Assembly: GCA_002633005.1 (NCBI GenBank)
Contig: NMRA01000671.1
Span: 99,916-163,915 of the forward strand
Source: Phoronis australis
Taxonomy: Eukaryota > Animalia > Phoronida
Length of the DNA stretch: 64,000 nucleotides
Direction: 5' to 3'
Part shown: positions 13,940 to 25,845 of the stretch, one piece after another
How the letters are laid out: every line of letters begins with the position of its first letter
How positions within the stretch are numbered: the stretch's first letter is position 1
The notes under the pieces: model-generated
What the model was told of the DNA's origin: nothing
What the model saw: the letters and a program-made list of their open reading frames with translations, nothing else
Databases searched by the model: none
Position numbers and translations under genes: made by a program

Positions 13940-15640
13940 TGCCGTGAATAATACGGTTACACGAAAGTCACGCATTTGTCAGGATATGCGTGACTTTTCA
14001 CCGCTCGTCCTTCTCAACGGCTTTTACCGGGATCAAAGAGTCAGAGAGTGCGGCGCCAGAGCCGGACTCAGTTGCGATGACCGCATTGACCGATGCGAGC
14101 AAGACCCAAATAAGTGTAATTACCAGACCATAACATGTAGCAAACTTCTCTGCCTGTACATACTGGCGAATTTTCAAAATGCAGTAACCAACAGTTTTCG
14201 TTAAAAACAAATACCACAGCCGTATTCAGATAAAAATCAACCCAGTTTGGTTTCCGATTTTTAAAAATCGATGAGCTACATGTACATATTAAGCTAAAAT
14301 CTACGAAAACTAAGAACGCGACTAGACTTTTTGTCAGCGAGATTGATGCTAGAACGTTCTGTAATTTTGGAACAGACTCCTTTGTTCAGGTGTGCAGGAA
14401 TGAAGTAACGAACCAAGAGAGATAACAAATAAACAAAAAACAGTAGATATATTTCGTGACCCCATGTCACATCATCAGGCAATGAGTAAAATGAAAATAT
14501 ACAGAACGAAATAAACAGTGAAATACACGTGGCAGCATACTGGCAAGGGGATCCATTCAAGATAACGTTATACACCGACTTGGCCGAAAAATAAATAGGC
14601 GGGAAATAGTAGACAATACCATCATTGGCTATGTTGAAAAAGACATATTTTGGATACATGTTTTGGAATTCGCTATTGATTATTCATGTAAAACCTAAGT
14701 TGAATGAAAAGCTCACAGGTGTGTATCGCACCTTGGCTCTGTTTTGATAGAGTTGCGGGCTTTCTACAGTGTGTTGCATCCACACTCTCTGCTTGTATCA
14801 CCACTCTCATCGAAACAATTTGACCTGCCAAATCCAAAAATCGAAATCAACGCATATGAAAAAATGGGCGTTTTATGAGAAAAAAATACCATGCCGTGAA
14901 TAATACGCATACACGAAAGTAACGCATTTGCAAAGAAATGTGTGACTTTTTACCGCTCGTCCTTCAGATCAGGGCCCGGTCTCCAATCTTTTTACTCGAA
15001 ATGGAACTCGAAATTTGGTTTGGCATTTTCTACTTTACTTTTGGGCGAACTCAAGATAAGTGTCTATTATTCTATGCTCGAGTACACAATAACTTACGTA
15101 GATAATTTATTGCCCTTAGTTCACAGTTTGTAAACCCAATATTAAAGCAATAAGTTCGAGTTTGAACTCAAAATTTCGAGTTTTTACTCGAGTTTGTAGC
15201 ATGAATATAAGGGTCTTCAAGGGCAAACTTGAACTAGAAACTCCTATGCATAAACTATAATGTATTCGAGCACAGTCTGATAACCAATTATCTTAAATTC
15301 GCACAAAAGGAGCAAAGAAATTGCCAAAAATAGTTTCGAGTTCGTTTCGAGTACAAGATTAGAGACCGGGCCCAGCTTTTACCGGGATCAAAGAAAGCGC
15401 GGCGCCAGCCGGACTCGTTTGCGATGACCGCATTGTCCGGTGCGAGCAAGACCCAATTCAGTGTAATTACCCAATTATAACCTGTAGTAAACATTTCTGC
15501 CTGTACATACTGGCGAATTTCAAAAAATGTATGAACCAACAGTTTTCGTTAGAAACAAATACCACAGCTGTATTCAGATGGAAAAAAAACAAGTTTTGTT
15601 TTCGATGAATGAAAATCGATGAACTATTAAGCTAAAAACT
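13940..15640 (+). repeat. Diverged direct duplication (13940-14300 vs 14892-15640)
   Basis: Shared GCCGTGAATAATACG...GCGATGACCGCATTG...AAAATCGATGA; second copy interrupted by the MITE. Confidence 0.85.
14973..15372. mobile_element. 400-bp PIF/Harbinger-type MITE
   Basis: TIR GGCCCGGTCTC / GAGACCGGGCC; TSD CAG at 14970-14972 and 15373-15375; empty site in the paralogous copy near 14015. Confidence 0.9.
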
Positions 15641-18600
15641 ACAAACATTGGGTACGATTAAAGATAAACGACTGTACGTATTGATATACTCGGTGAGAGT
15701 TAACAATATCACGTGGATTGTTCTTTAAATATACAACTAAGCTATATTGAAACATCTATGAACAACACACAGTGACTAAATCATGTCAATAACTTTTAAA
15801 ACATCGCTTATGGCCCCATGCATTCCGAACTACTTTACTCCCGGGGAAATACACTAACCGGAAAACTGCTATAAGCGGAAATGCGTCAATTTCCACAGTT
15901 AGCTTTATGACTGAGGAAAAGCTAGAATAGTATAATGTACATGTACTTACTGCAACCACAATTGTCTAGAGGCTCCAAATCTTCAGTTTGGCTATCATCA
16001 TATTTGCACATTTGTACATGTATATATTTTATGATTTTAGTTCTAATAAAAAATAAGATTGAACTAATGGCACGTGTAGCTTTGTTTGCTGTCACATGTT
16101 TGGTGTACCTGTAATCTGGAAAATTTAGAGATGGGTTCACAATTAACTGACTTCTAAGTTGTTTTGGTGCTTCGGTTAAACGCAAAATGAAAAGATAGCA
16201 ACCATACACGGTAAGAAAAAAAGAAAGTAGACAGGAGTATTAAAATAAAGTAATGAAAAAAAGTATGAAACATATTTGAAACCACCGTTCCTTTGGGAAG
16301 TGGCCCTTTGTCAAGATCAACGCAAATCAGCCTTTTAGTATTTTTGTAAAATTTAAAATGTACCAACTTAAAACTGCTTTCCATATTGCAGGCTTTAGCT
16401 CTATGCAAACGCCAGAGAAAAACAATTTGTGTGTAATAACGACCACCATTGTCAAGAAAGTAGTGCTAGCGATTACCTTTCCAATTTCATTAGCTCAGAT
16501 CTACATCAATACAGAGGGCGTGATGGATATGGTAAAAGTTGTCTGGGGCTTAGGGACTCGGAGCGGTATCCAGTGTAAGCGAGAAATACTCCACATGTAC
16601 AACAAAATGACAAAGAGCAATGTCTTTTGAAAGACACGTTACTGTAAAAATCTAGCGCCATGCATACAATCAATCGTAGATATACTTTTTATTCAACAAC
16701 AAGTGCCGATATCAACATTGTTAAACAACGGATCACTTCAAATGGTCACATGTTATTACTTGCATGATGAAGATGTTATGTCAGAGACCTATTATTTTGA
16801 CTCCACACGCGGACAGTCTTGGAATGAGCAATTAGTATACAATAAAGAGGTAAACAACAATTTCAGTTCAATCAAATACATGGGCGTGCACCATCCATGT
16901 GAGCAATCATATTATATGTACACTGCAAAAACGCCAAACATGGAACCACCAACACTGGCAAAATACCAAATCACAATCGCCTAGTCATCTAAGATGTCAT
17001 GCCACACTTATACTGAACTTGTAAACAACATTATTCTTTACGGCAAGAATATCGATCCTTTCAAAACAGGCTTCCTAGAGAATCGACCGTACCTTCATTG
17101 ACCCATAATCAACTTTATTTTCTCCAGAGGAAGCACTGTGGCCTAGTGTGATACAAGTGATCGCTTTCTTTACTTCAGGTCGTTGGCTCAGGTCACACTG
17201 GGCACACTGATAGATCCCCGAGTCAGGTTTCTAGCTCCTTAGCTTTATTTTCACTATATACATGTGTACAGTATTAATAAAACATAAAATGGTTCCAGGA
17301 GATCACTGCAATGGGCAACATCAGTTTTTTTAAAATTTATGTATTCGTGTATAATAATTGTATATAGACTTCTTTGTATTTCTTAACCCAGATCTAATGC
17401 CTCTTGGCGCTTCTGGGTTAGGTATATTCATTGTATTCTGAAGATTTTGCAATAAACATTGAAACAGTGCAATGGGCCCACATCTGCAGCTTGCCTACAG
17501 AGTTCGCATTTGGAGTACTATTCCTGTAAGATTACAGATCTAGATCAAACACGAAGGAAATAATTCCATAAAGAAAACCTAGAGATACATGTAACTCGAT
17601 TGTGCCCATAACATTACTTTCTACATGTTGTGTTCAACCAAATGAAGAAACAGTGTCCTTGCTAAGTTGGAAGTAACATAGATTATAGACAACAGATTCG
17701 CAACTCCGACGTTTACTTACGTGCTAGCCAACTGAAGAGGAGCCGCCACTCTCCTAAATTATCTGGCGCAGTTTCCGGTTAGTGTATTTTGGCGAGACAT
17801 ATTTGCATCTACTTTACTGTACAGTACAACGAAAAAAAAATAATTTCGGCAATGAAACGCTGTTCAAAGTCTTCGAATACTAGAAGTGTTGGTATCGTAA
17901 GTACCTTTGACAACGCTGGTGTTAATTAATTACAAAATTCAAACTTCGGTGCCGACTGATTATGTCGTCTGCTTGCCCAGTAGCAGCATAGTTATCGGAC
18001 AGTTTGTGATTTATGGTTCACATAGGACTACTGAAAAAACTAGGAAAGCATGTTTGTGCATAAATTCCGAGGAGTACCTGTGAATGCAAAAGATATTTAT
18101 ATAACGTTTTTGTTTTAGAAAAATATTAATTTTGTTCGGATCAAAAAATGCGCCGCTGCAACGATTTCACTGGTTTAACCTTTGTACATGTATGTTTATA
18201 ATTCATCATTCTCAAGAGAACAGTTCTTCTGGGTAGTATTAAGTGGCCCTTAAAAGGGCTGTTGGTTGCACTGTTCACTTGAGCCTTAGGTAAAGCGTGA
18301 AATGGTTCTTTAAAGGACCGTTGAATAATTCAACATAAACCACACAGTAAACCGTGCTCACTCAATTACTGAAGGTGCACTTCATATAAGTTTTCATCTA
18401 GGAAGGTTGGATGAAAACAGACAAGATGACAGTATCGATGACAGTTGTAAAGCTTTGTTACCGTTCACCAACGTTATCACGAACCCTGCCTCGTTCAGTT
18501 CTTGTTCCTGGATCCACAAGTAATCCTGAACCGTAGGGAAAAAAGACATACAACAAAACAATTAAAATTTCGAAAATCATTGCTATCGTAGGTTTCGGTG

Positions 18601-18699
18601 TTGCTGTCGCCATACCAATATTCTTCCCCAACAACCATGTCGAAAATCGACGTTGCAAAAGATGAAAAATTGTGTCCTTTGTTTCTAAATTTTAACCCA

Positions 18700-20107
18700 T
18701 TTTTATGCGCCCACATATTTATATGTCGACGCATTATGCCGTCATCTCCGTCCGTCCGTCCGACCGTCCGTCCGGGCGGCGTCCGGCGTCCGGCGTCCGC
18801 TGCTTTATCTCCAAAACCCTTTGACATACGTTCATGAAATTTGGCACATATGTTCCATTCATAAATGGGACGGCATGTGCGATCTTTCGGACGGATCCGA
18901 CTACCGGTGTGCCCCCTAGTGGCAATTTTAGTTTTTTACGCTTACCTTTGTATCTTCAAAAGTTTTGAACGGATTTTCATGAAATTTGGTATGTAGGCAC
19001 CTATTAGTGAGATGACGCTATGCTGCCGTTTTCAGATGAATTCGACATAGTTTGCGCCACCTAGTGGCCATTTTTAGTGTTTTCGAGTCTGTTTTTGTGC
19101 GTCCACCTCTCTATCAACCAAACCACTCAAAGGATGATTGTGAAAATTGGCATGTATATGCTTACTATGTAGAGGACGGTTGACGATGATTTTCCGACGA
19201 TTTCGACCACTGTGGCGCCTCCTAGTGGCAGTTTTTTTTTGCACCTATGGCTGTATCTCCTAAACCGTTCGCAGGATCTTTACGAAATATAATAAGTGTA
19301 TTTATGTTAACAACAGACGATGATGACTTTTGGACGGATCCGACTACCAGTGTGCCCCCTAGTGGCAATTTTATTTTTTTACGTTTACCTCTGTATCTTC
19401 ACAAGTCCTTAACGGATTTTCATGAAATTTGGTATGTGGGCACCTATTAGTGCGATGACGCTATCCTTCCGTTTTCGGATGGATTCGACCTAGTTTGCGA
19501 CACCCAGTGGCCATTTTTACTGTTTTTGAGTCTGTTTTTGGCGTCCACCCCTCTATCAACCAAACCGCTATAAGTATGATTGTGAAAATTGGCACTTATG
19601 TTCTTATTATGAAGAGGACAGTTGACGCTGAATTTCCCAATGGCATGACTTTGATTACTGTGGCGCCTCCTAGTGGCAGTTTTTTTTCGCCCATGGCTGT
19701 ATCTCCCAAACCGTTTACAGGATCTTTGACGTCTGTATTTTCATAGGTCTTCAGGTGTATACTTTGTGTTACTGCGTGACTATGAAGGAAAAGTTCCAAG
19801 TAGAAATTTGTTTCTGGCATTCTAATGCTGTGCTAATCTCGTATGTTGGTAAATTTGGTTTTAATTCTATGTTTCTGTGGTGCTTTAAGCAACTGATGTA
19901 TAGGATGTGCTTGTATTATGAAGATCACTCACATTTTGCCTCTAGCCTATTAAGGACACAATGACCATGCCTTTTCATTTTGCAAAGTACAACATATTAC
20001 ATATATGCCCTCTACTGGCCACTTTATGGTACCAATAAACAACCCTAGACGGATACCGTATGCGGTGCAATTGTGGGCGCATTTCAATGCTCTGCGTTGC
20101 TCTTGTT
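18700..20107 (+). mobile_element. Non-autonomous Helentron-type element (HINE/DINE-1-like), copy 1
   Basis: T-rich start; 5' subTIR TGCGCCCAC with adjacent hairpin; (TCCG)n microsatellite; internal ~150 bp repeats in ~445 bp higher-order units; 3' GTGGGCGCA subTIR, short hairpin and TT end. Confidence 0.85.
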
Positions 20108-22795
20108 TAAGAAAGGGGTGTACTGATTACGTCTAATGTTGATAGAGCATAACTTGTGGTTTTTGCAATGCATTAATCGTGTTGAATATATTTATATTAA
20201 GTGGCATCATTGAGTTGAAGGGAAAATAAATTAAACTTAGCACAATAAAGTTTTGAAAATATAAAGGGCAGTAACACATTCCCTAAAAATCCAGCATTTT
20301 CGAAAGGTTTGCGCATTTGGTGATCTGATTGATTCAAGCACTTGCGGCGGGAAATTGATACACCCAGTTATTGTGCACGTGTGCACTGTAGCAACGCTTT
20401 GTATCTTATTTTTAATTGGATAGTTTGTTAATACAGTAAGTTTCCTTATTTATGCCCATCCTCATTTGGCCGCAACTTGGGCTTCTTGGGGCTGGCATAG
20501 GGACTCACGTGGTGCTTACTCGAATGAGTTTCATTTTAGCGGCTATTTCCAATTGTGTAGGTGAAGTAAATTAACAAAGTGGATGATTATCATCAGCTAT
20601 ATTTCATCATTAATATTTTGGACGGGTTCTCAAATTTTCCGAGGCTAGGGAATGTTAAATCTGTAAGGTAGAAGTGTTTCGGTGAACTTCTATGTCTGTG
20701 GCGTTATTTATACCAGACCAAACTTTAAAAAAGAGGCCCTAGTTTGAAATTGGAATTGCATAGGATGCAATTTGTGTAGACGTTTGTCTGCGTTGCGAGT
20801 TTTTATAAAAAATGGGTCAGTCTGCAGCCAACTACAGTGCAGTGCAACTGAAGTTCATAAAAAGTAAATTTGGACTTCCTGATCTGGTTTAACATTTCAC
20901 ATATTTCAGGACAATTCTTCCTTTATGCACGGGCCCCTTTTGTTACATTACGAGTAGGATTGGTTCATTATGTACCCTAGAGGTGGTATAGGACTTTACA
21001 AAACAGGTTGAAGAATTTTATTTTTGTTATAAACGTTAGTTTGAAAGGCTGTCCACCTTAAAAAATTAACATTGAAAAATAAAAACAACCCTCACACCCC
21101 TCTGGTGTTCCTGTTTTATGTTTGGAAAGAAGTTGAAACTTGGGTTAGTTGTTTCATAGACTGTAATGTACTTGGCTAAAATGGTCTAGAGCTTTTGTGC
21201 GGCTTACATTCAACATGAAATGAGTGTGTAACCTGCTGTTGAATTGCCAGTTGGTTATTTCTGGAGTATTAAGGTGATCTTTATTTATGTTAAAGGTTTT
21301 ACAAGCATTCAGTTTATTGGTACATGGATTTATAAATCGGCTATATCGGTGATCAAAATCCCGACGAAATGTGCGCATTGTGCCGAGATAATAACCGCCT
21401 GATAAGTGCCGGCGAAGATGACCATTTTGGTTAATTCGCACACTAGACTATGGCTGAAGTTCCTCGTAAGGACAGGAGTGTGTGAATCACTATCTTTTGA
21501 AAGAATTTAGCGGACAATTTTCGCCAAAAATTTCCAGGTAATATTCATCAAAAACAAGTAAAGAACAATGGATATCCGATATGTGAGACAGAATTAAGTC
21601 AGTAGTGGTAGTACTAGTACATGTAGGCCTACCAACGGTTCCTAAAAACATCCATCATCAAAATGGCATTAACGTTTATACAAGACCTAAGGTTTTTCTC
21701 CAGCCGATTATGGGGTATCCGTACGCTATGGAAGCTAACGCCTTTGCATTTTGCCTGTGTGGCCGAACACGCTGCCACACAGCGACCGAGCATGATTAGC
21801 AGACGACGTACTTACCGGAAATTACACCAGATAGTTTAGCCAGGTGTCGACAGTGAATAATGACGTAAAGGCTTGTGCGTAAGTTCACATATTTCGTCCA
21901 GTTGAGAGCATACGGAGTTGTCGGTCCATGAACTATAGTCTATGGGAAGTCAGTAAAGTATTGGTTTTATTACTTGTAAGACTTACTTCTTTAAGTACGT
22001 GGTCCACACAGTACCACACAGTGAATGACATCTTTCTCTTGTTAAATGTTAAGGCCTATTCCTGATTCTGATCTGAAATTAATACAAACCAAGTGTGCCC
22101 AGATTCTACAAAAGTGCAAAGTGTAGCGCTTAGAAGCCTTCAAGTTATAGAATACATGTACGCCTCCCTTCATTGCCAAGGATTCAGTATCAATTTTACT
22201 CCCGTAAAACTATACCACACAATAACAGATGTTGATTTGGTATTGAGATTTATCAGCATTACCAGCAATTCGTAAACTAGGTCATCCGCCAGGTTCTCTG
22301 CGTAAACTAGGTCATCGCGTATGGACCAGTTAGCGCTTCACTCTCCGCGTGTCTACTGGAGAGAAGCACCAGGAAGGTTGTTCTACATTTTGTAGCCCAA
22401 AATTACCAAAGTTCAAATATATTCCGTTAAAAAGGAAAGACAAAACATATTGTTACAGATGTCTGGCCAATATCATGAGTCACCACTCGTAAGCAAATCA
22501 AAGCTCTCCTTACTCGTTGCCTTATCTCGCACTACCTCAATTGGACTCAAGAGTTTTCAGTTCGCAATGCAACAATTTAATTCTCATAAATTCAACTTGT
22601 AATGACCCTTTCAATTTTAAACCATGCCCGAAGTACTCGGAAACAAATTATTGTTAGGTACAACGAGGTTTTTTTTCTCTGAAGTGGATCGTAAACACCT
22701 CAGGTGAGTTTTCCGCACATAGCTACTTTGGTTTAGAGCTGAATTTTCTGCTCCCATACTATGGGCCGGGCCGGTCAAGGGCAAATCCTTTTTGT

Positions 22796-22886
22796 ACGCA
22801 CTACTTACAGCATTGGAATCAAACTGTTATAAATAGAGAAACGCACTACTTACAGCATTGGAATCAAACTGTTATAAATAGAGAAA
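22796..22886 (+). repeat. Perfect 45-bp tandem duplication
   Basis: ACGCACTACTTACAGCATTGGAATCAAACTGTTATAAATAGAGAA twice. Confidence 0.95.
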
Positions 22887-22992
22887 ACGTTTATTAGTGC
22901 ACTGGTGTGAATATTATCAGTGACTTAAGCAAAATCTTCGAATTAACTAGACCCACTTGTGATAGTCTATGATGATCAACTGACATCAAAAG

Positions 22993-23213
22993 GCCAAAAT
23001 TGGCAATTTTCGGCCACCCCATGTTAAATACAAAATTTTGTCTAATTTTCTTCAAACTCCTACATTTCAATCTTGATTATAATGACATCTGTTGGATCTT
23101 TCGCCAAAATTGGCAATTTTCGGCCACCCCATGTTAAATACAAAATTTTGTCTAATTTTCTTCAAACTCCTACATTTCAATCTTGATTATAATGACATCT
23201 GTTGGATCTTTCG
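22993..23213 (+). repeat. Perfect 110-bp tandem duplication
   Basis: GCCAAAATTGGCAATTTTCGG...GTTGGATCTTTC twice. Confidence 0.95.
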
Positions 23214-23629
23214 GCAACTAACTGTACATAAAAGGCTTGGTCGAAATTATCGTTTTCTCACATGCACTTTCGGGTTTTTAGCGGCGATTCCACTGATCGA
23301 AGCGACAAAATAAGCCAAAACTTTGGCCATACCATGTTAAACATAATTTTTTTCCAATTTTGCTGAAACTTGGCCACGTTTTTAACAAAATACTTATCTA
23401 TGTTTTGTGCTATCGGCAAATGTGATTGATTTTATAAATAAGACCCTCACGCTGTGTTTTCTACGAATCCCATGTATCCTGAAGGGGGCTAAATGAGTGA
23501 TTTTCGCGCATGCGCAGTTCACGGTTTCAATATTGCTGGTAATGGAGTGATGCTTAAACCAAACCACGTCCACGATTGAACTATCGCAAGCTCCTCCCCT
23601 ATGCAGAAAGTCACTTGGCACCCTACAAT

Positions 23630-24310
23630 TCAACAACATGTCGGAAAGAAATGCACTGTCGCTGAACGACGTTGGTGGTGGAATCGACGAGTGTTTCTTA
23701 CACTCATGATCCGACAAAGACAACATACGATTTTTTTCAGCAGAGAATCGTACGTTCAGGATGTAGGAATTTGCAAATGTGACGATGAAAGTAAGTATTG
23801 AGGAAAAGTATTTTGGAGCCAGCAAACAACCGAAAAACACCACGCGGGGTTCACCTTCACCTGGCAAATGACAAGGTTACCCATGCGATATGTTCATGTA
23901 AAGTTAAACATGTACCTTCAATCGAATTATCTGTACGATGCCATAGATTTCAGGATCTTTGGAACAAAATCAGTGGAGATTCAGAGATATTTTTTATTCT
24001 GTCATCTGCTAAACTTCGCCAATGAAAGGTAGGTCACAACTGGTGGGACTCTCGGAGTAAAGTAGGTCGAGTCCATAGCACTGTTTGCGGTTTTCTAATC
24101 TTATAACAAAATATTTTGATTAAAAAACTCGGGTGCATAGCTCAGGTACAAACTCATCTCGTTCTAGGCAAACAGCAATATGTATCTCCGGTAGGTCTAT
24201 GCTGTGTCCAAGTCAAATTAATGCACGGAATTGTCCATAGTTGCACCATTAGGACATTCAAGTTAGGCCTACCGCCTGGTGGACTTCATATTTTTTGAAG
24301 TGTCATTGCA
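23630..24310. mobile_element. ISL2EU/Harbinger-like relic: SWIM-type ORF (+) convergent with DDE-like fragment (-)
   Basis: + strand ESYVQDV...GKVFWSQ / GVHLHLANDKVTHAICSCK resembles the SWIM region of YqaJ-exonuclease ORFs; - strand PEFF...AMDSTYF weakly resembles the IDCTEF motif. Confidence 0.45.
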
Positions 24311-25632
24311 AAAAGGTAACTTTCGTATTATTTTAAGCGCAGCATGATCACTAAGCTGTGGCGTGGTTACAAAACATGACGTGTGGTGTAGCGGCAAAAA
24401 TGGCGACAAAAATACCTCAAGTTCTTTTCTTAAAGTTTCGTAAGTCTAGATATCATGTTTGAACAACTTCTAAATGAGCTATCTCTAACTCTACAGGCGA
24501 AATGTATACTAGTGGTTCTCATCAAAAAGTAAATCAACTGTTTATTTTTCGTGACAACAGCTCGAACAAGGCTTTCAGTTCAGTAATCGGTGCCCGTCCC
24601 TGCCGATCGAATCTCTCAATTTTGGGGAGAAGTTCAGTTGAACGCCAGCCTACCTCTGCTACGAAACAAAACGATGTCCATTAGGCCGAAATAATTGAAA
24701 AGGAATAAAAATGTTCTTAAAACAACAGTTTTCTGGGGTCGACTACCGCTTGAATAGTGCTGAGATCCAGCAAAACCGTACGGAGTCAAAATCTCAAATA
24801 GACCTACACAATATGCAGATGTTCTTAATACTGTGACAGAACAATGTTAAGAAATCATGATTTTTCTCGAGGATCACCGCAGCTTGGGCAGGAGCTCAAA
24901 AAAGGATAGATCGATTTTTGTTTCGGAACGAAACATCCGTTCAGAGAGATAATTTTGTCGGAAACAAATACCATGTTATATCGGTACCATTTGGTAATAG
25001 TATTTTCAAACGTAAATTATCTTAATACGGTATTCAAATGAAGGCTTTAAAGCGTCTATGAATCATTGATTCGTCAAAGACATTGACTCTTAATTTAGAC
25101 CTATTACTGATATTATATTCTTCCCAACTCGTTTTTCACATAGATGAGAGATGATTTTTTGGTTTTGCTTAGAACTGGAAGTTCTGAACAGCCTGATCCC
25201 GTGCAAGGCGAATTAATTAACACACCGTAACGAGTCAAGGTGTAGAGCCAAGTCTCAAATAACAGCAAATTATCAGTCCAGAAAAAATAAACATGTTCCA
25301 AACTTTTTAGGGTCGACAGAGCCGAATTAGAGAGCAATAATTGTTTCAAATAATCATGTCACCTTATCGTAGTTAGACTCTCAGAACGAGCCAAAGCATC
25401 GTGTGTATTATCTTAAAGAAATCTTGTTAATGAATCCGTATTACACAAGTAATGAAATGTTAGAAATTGGTCTTGCAGATTTCTTCCATTTGGTACAAAG
25501 AAACTGTTTCCTCATCAGACATGATTCTTTCTGATGAATTGTTTGGTTCCGGAAACGTAACGTTATTTAAAACAATATTTAACAATTCATGTATGCGAAT
25601 TATTCTGGTTATTTTAATCCTTTTTTTCCAAG

Positions 25633-25845
25633 CACTTGGTTCTGAATGTGAAGATGCGAAGATATTGAAGAATCAGAACTTCAGAAATGCATTTTACGTA
25701 CCGGATGTTGCTGTTGAGGTGCTCCACTGCGACATGGCTCTTGATTCCGGCTGGTACCGGTTCGTGTCCCCAGCTGGCGGCACAATACCTACAACTTGCG
25801 TTGAGATCTACCACTGCGGAACAAAGCACCCAGGGTGGATGATAG
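25633..25845 (+). CDS. VWDE-like exon, first half of D8C domain
   Basis: Acceptor tttttttccaag, donor G|gtaagg; encodes LGSECEDAKILKNQNFRN...CDMALDSGWYRFVSPAGGTIPTTCVEIYHCGTKHPGWMI; phase 1-1. Confidence 0.9.

Noticed and set aside
18830-19720. Regularly spaced conserved motifs superficially like a CRISPR array
   Set aside because: The intervening sequences are themselves repeated (higher-order satellite), the context is eukaryotic and there are no cas genes.
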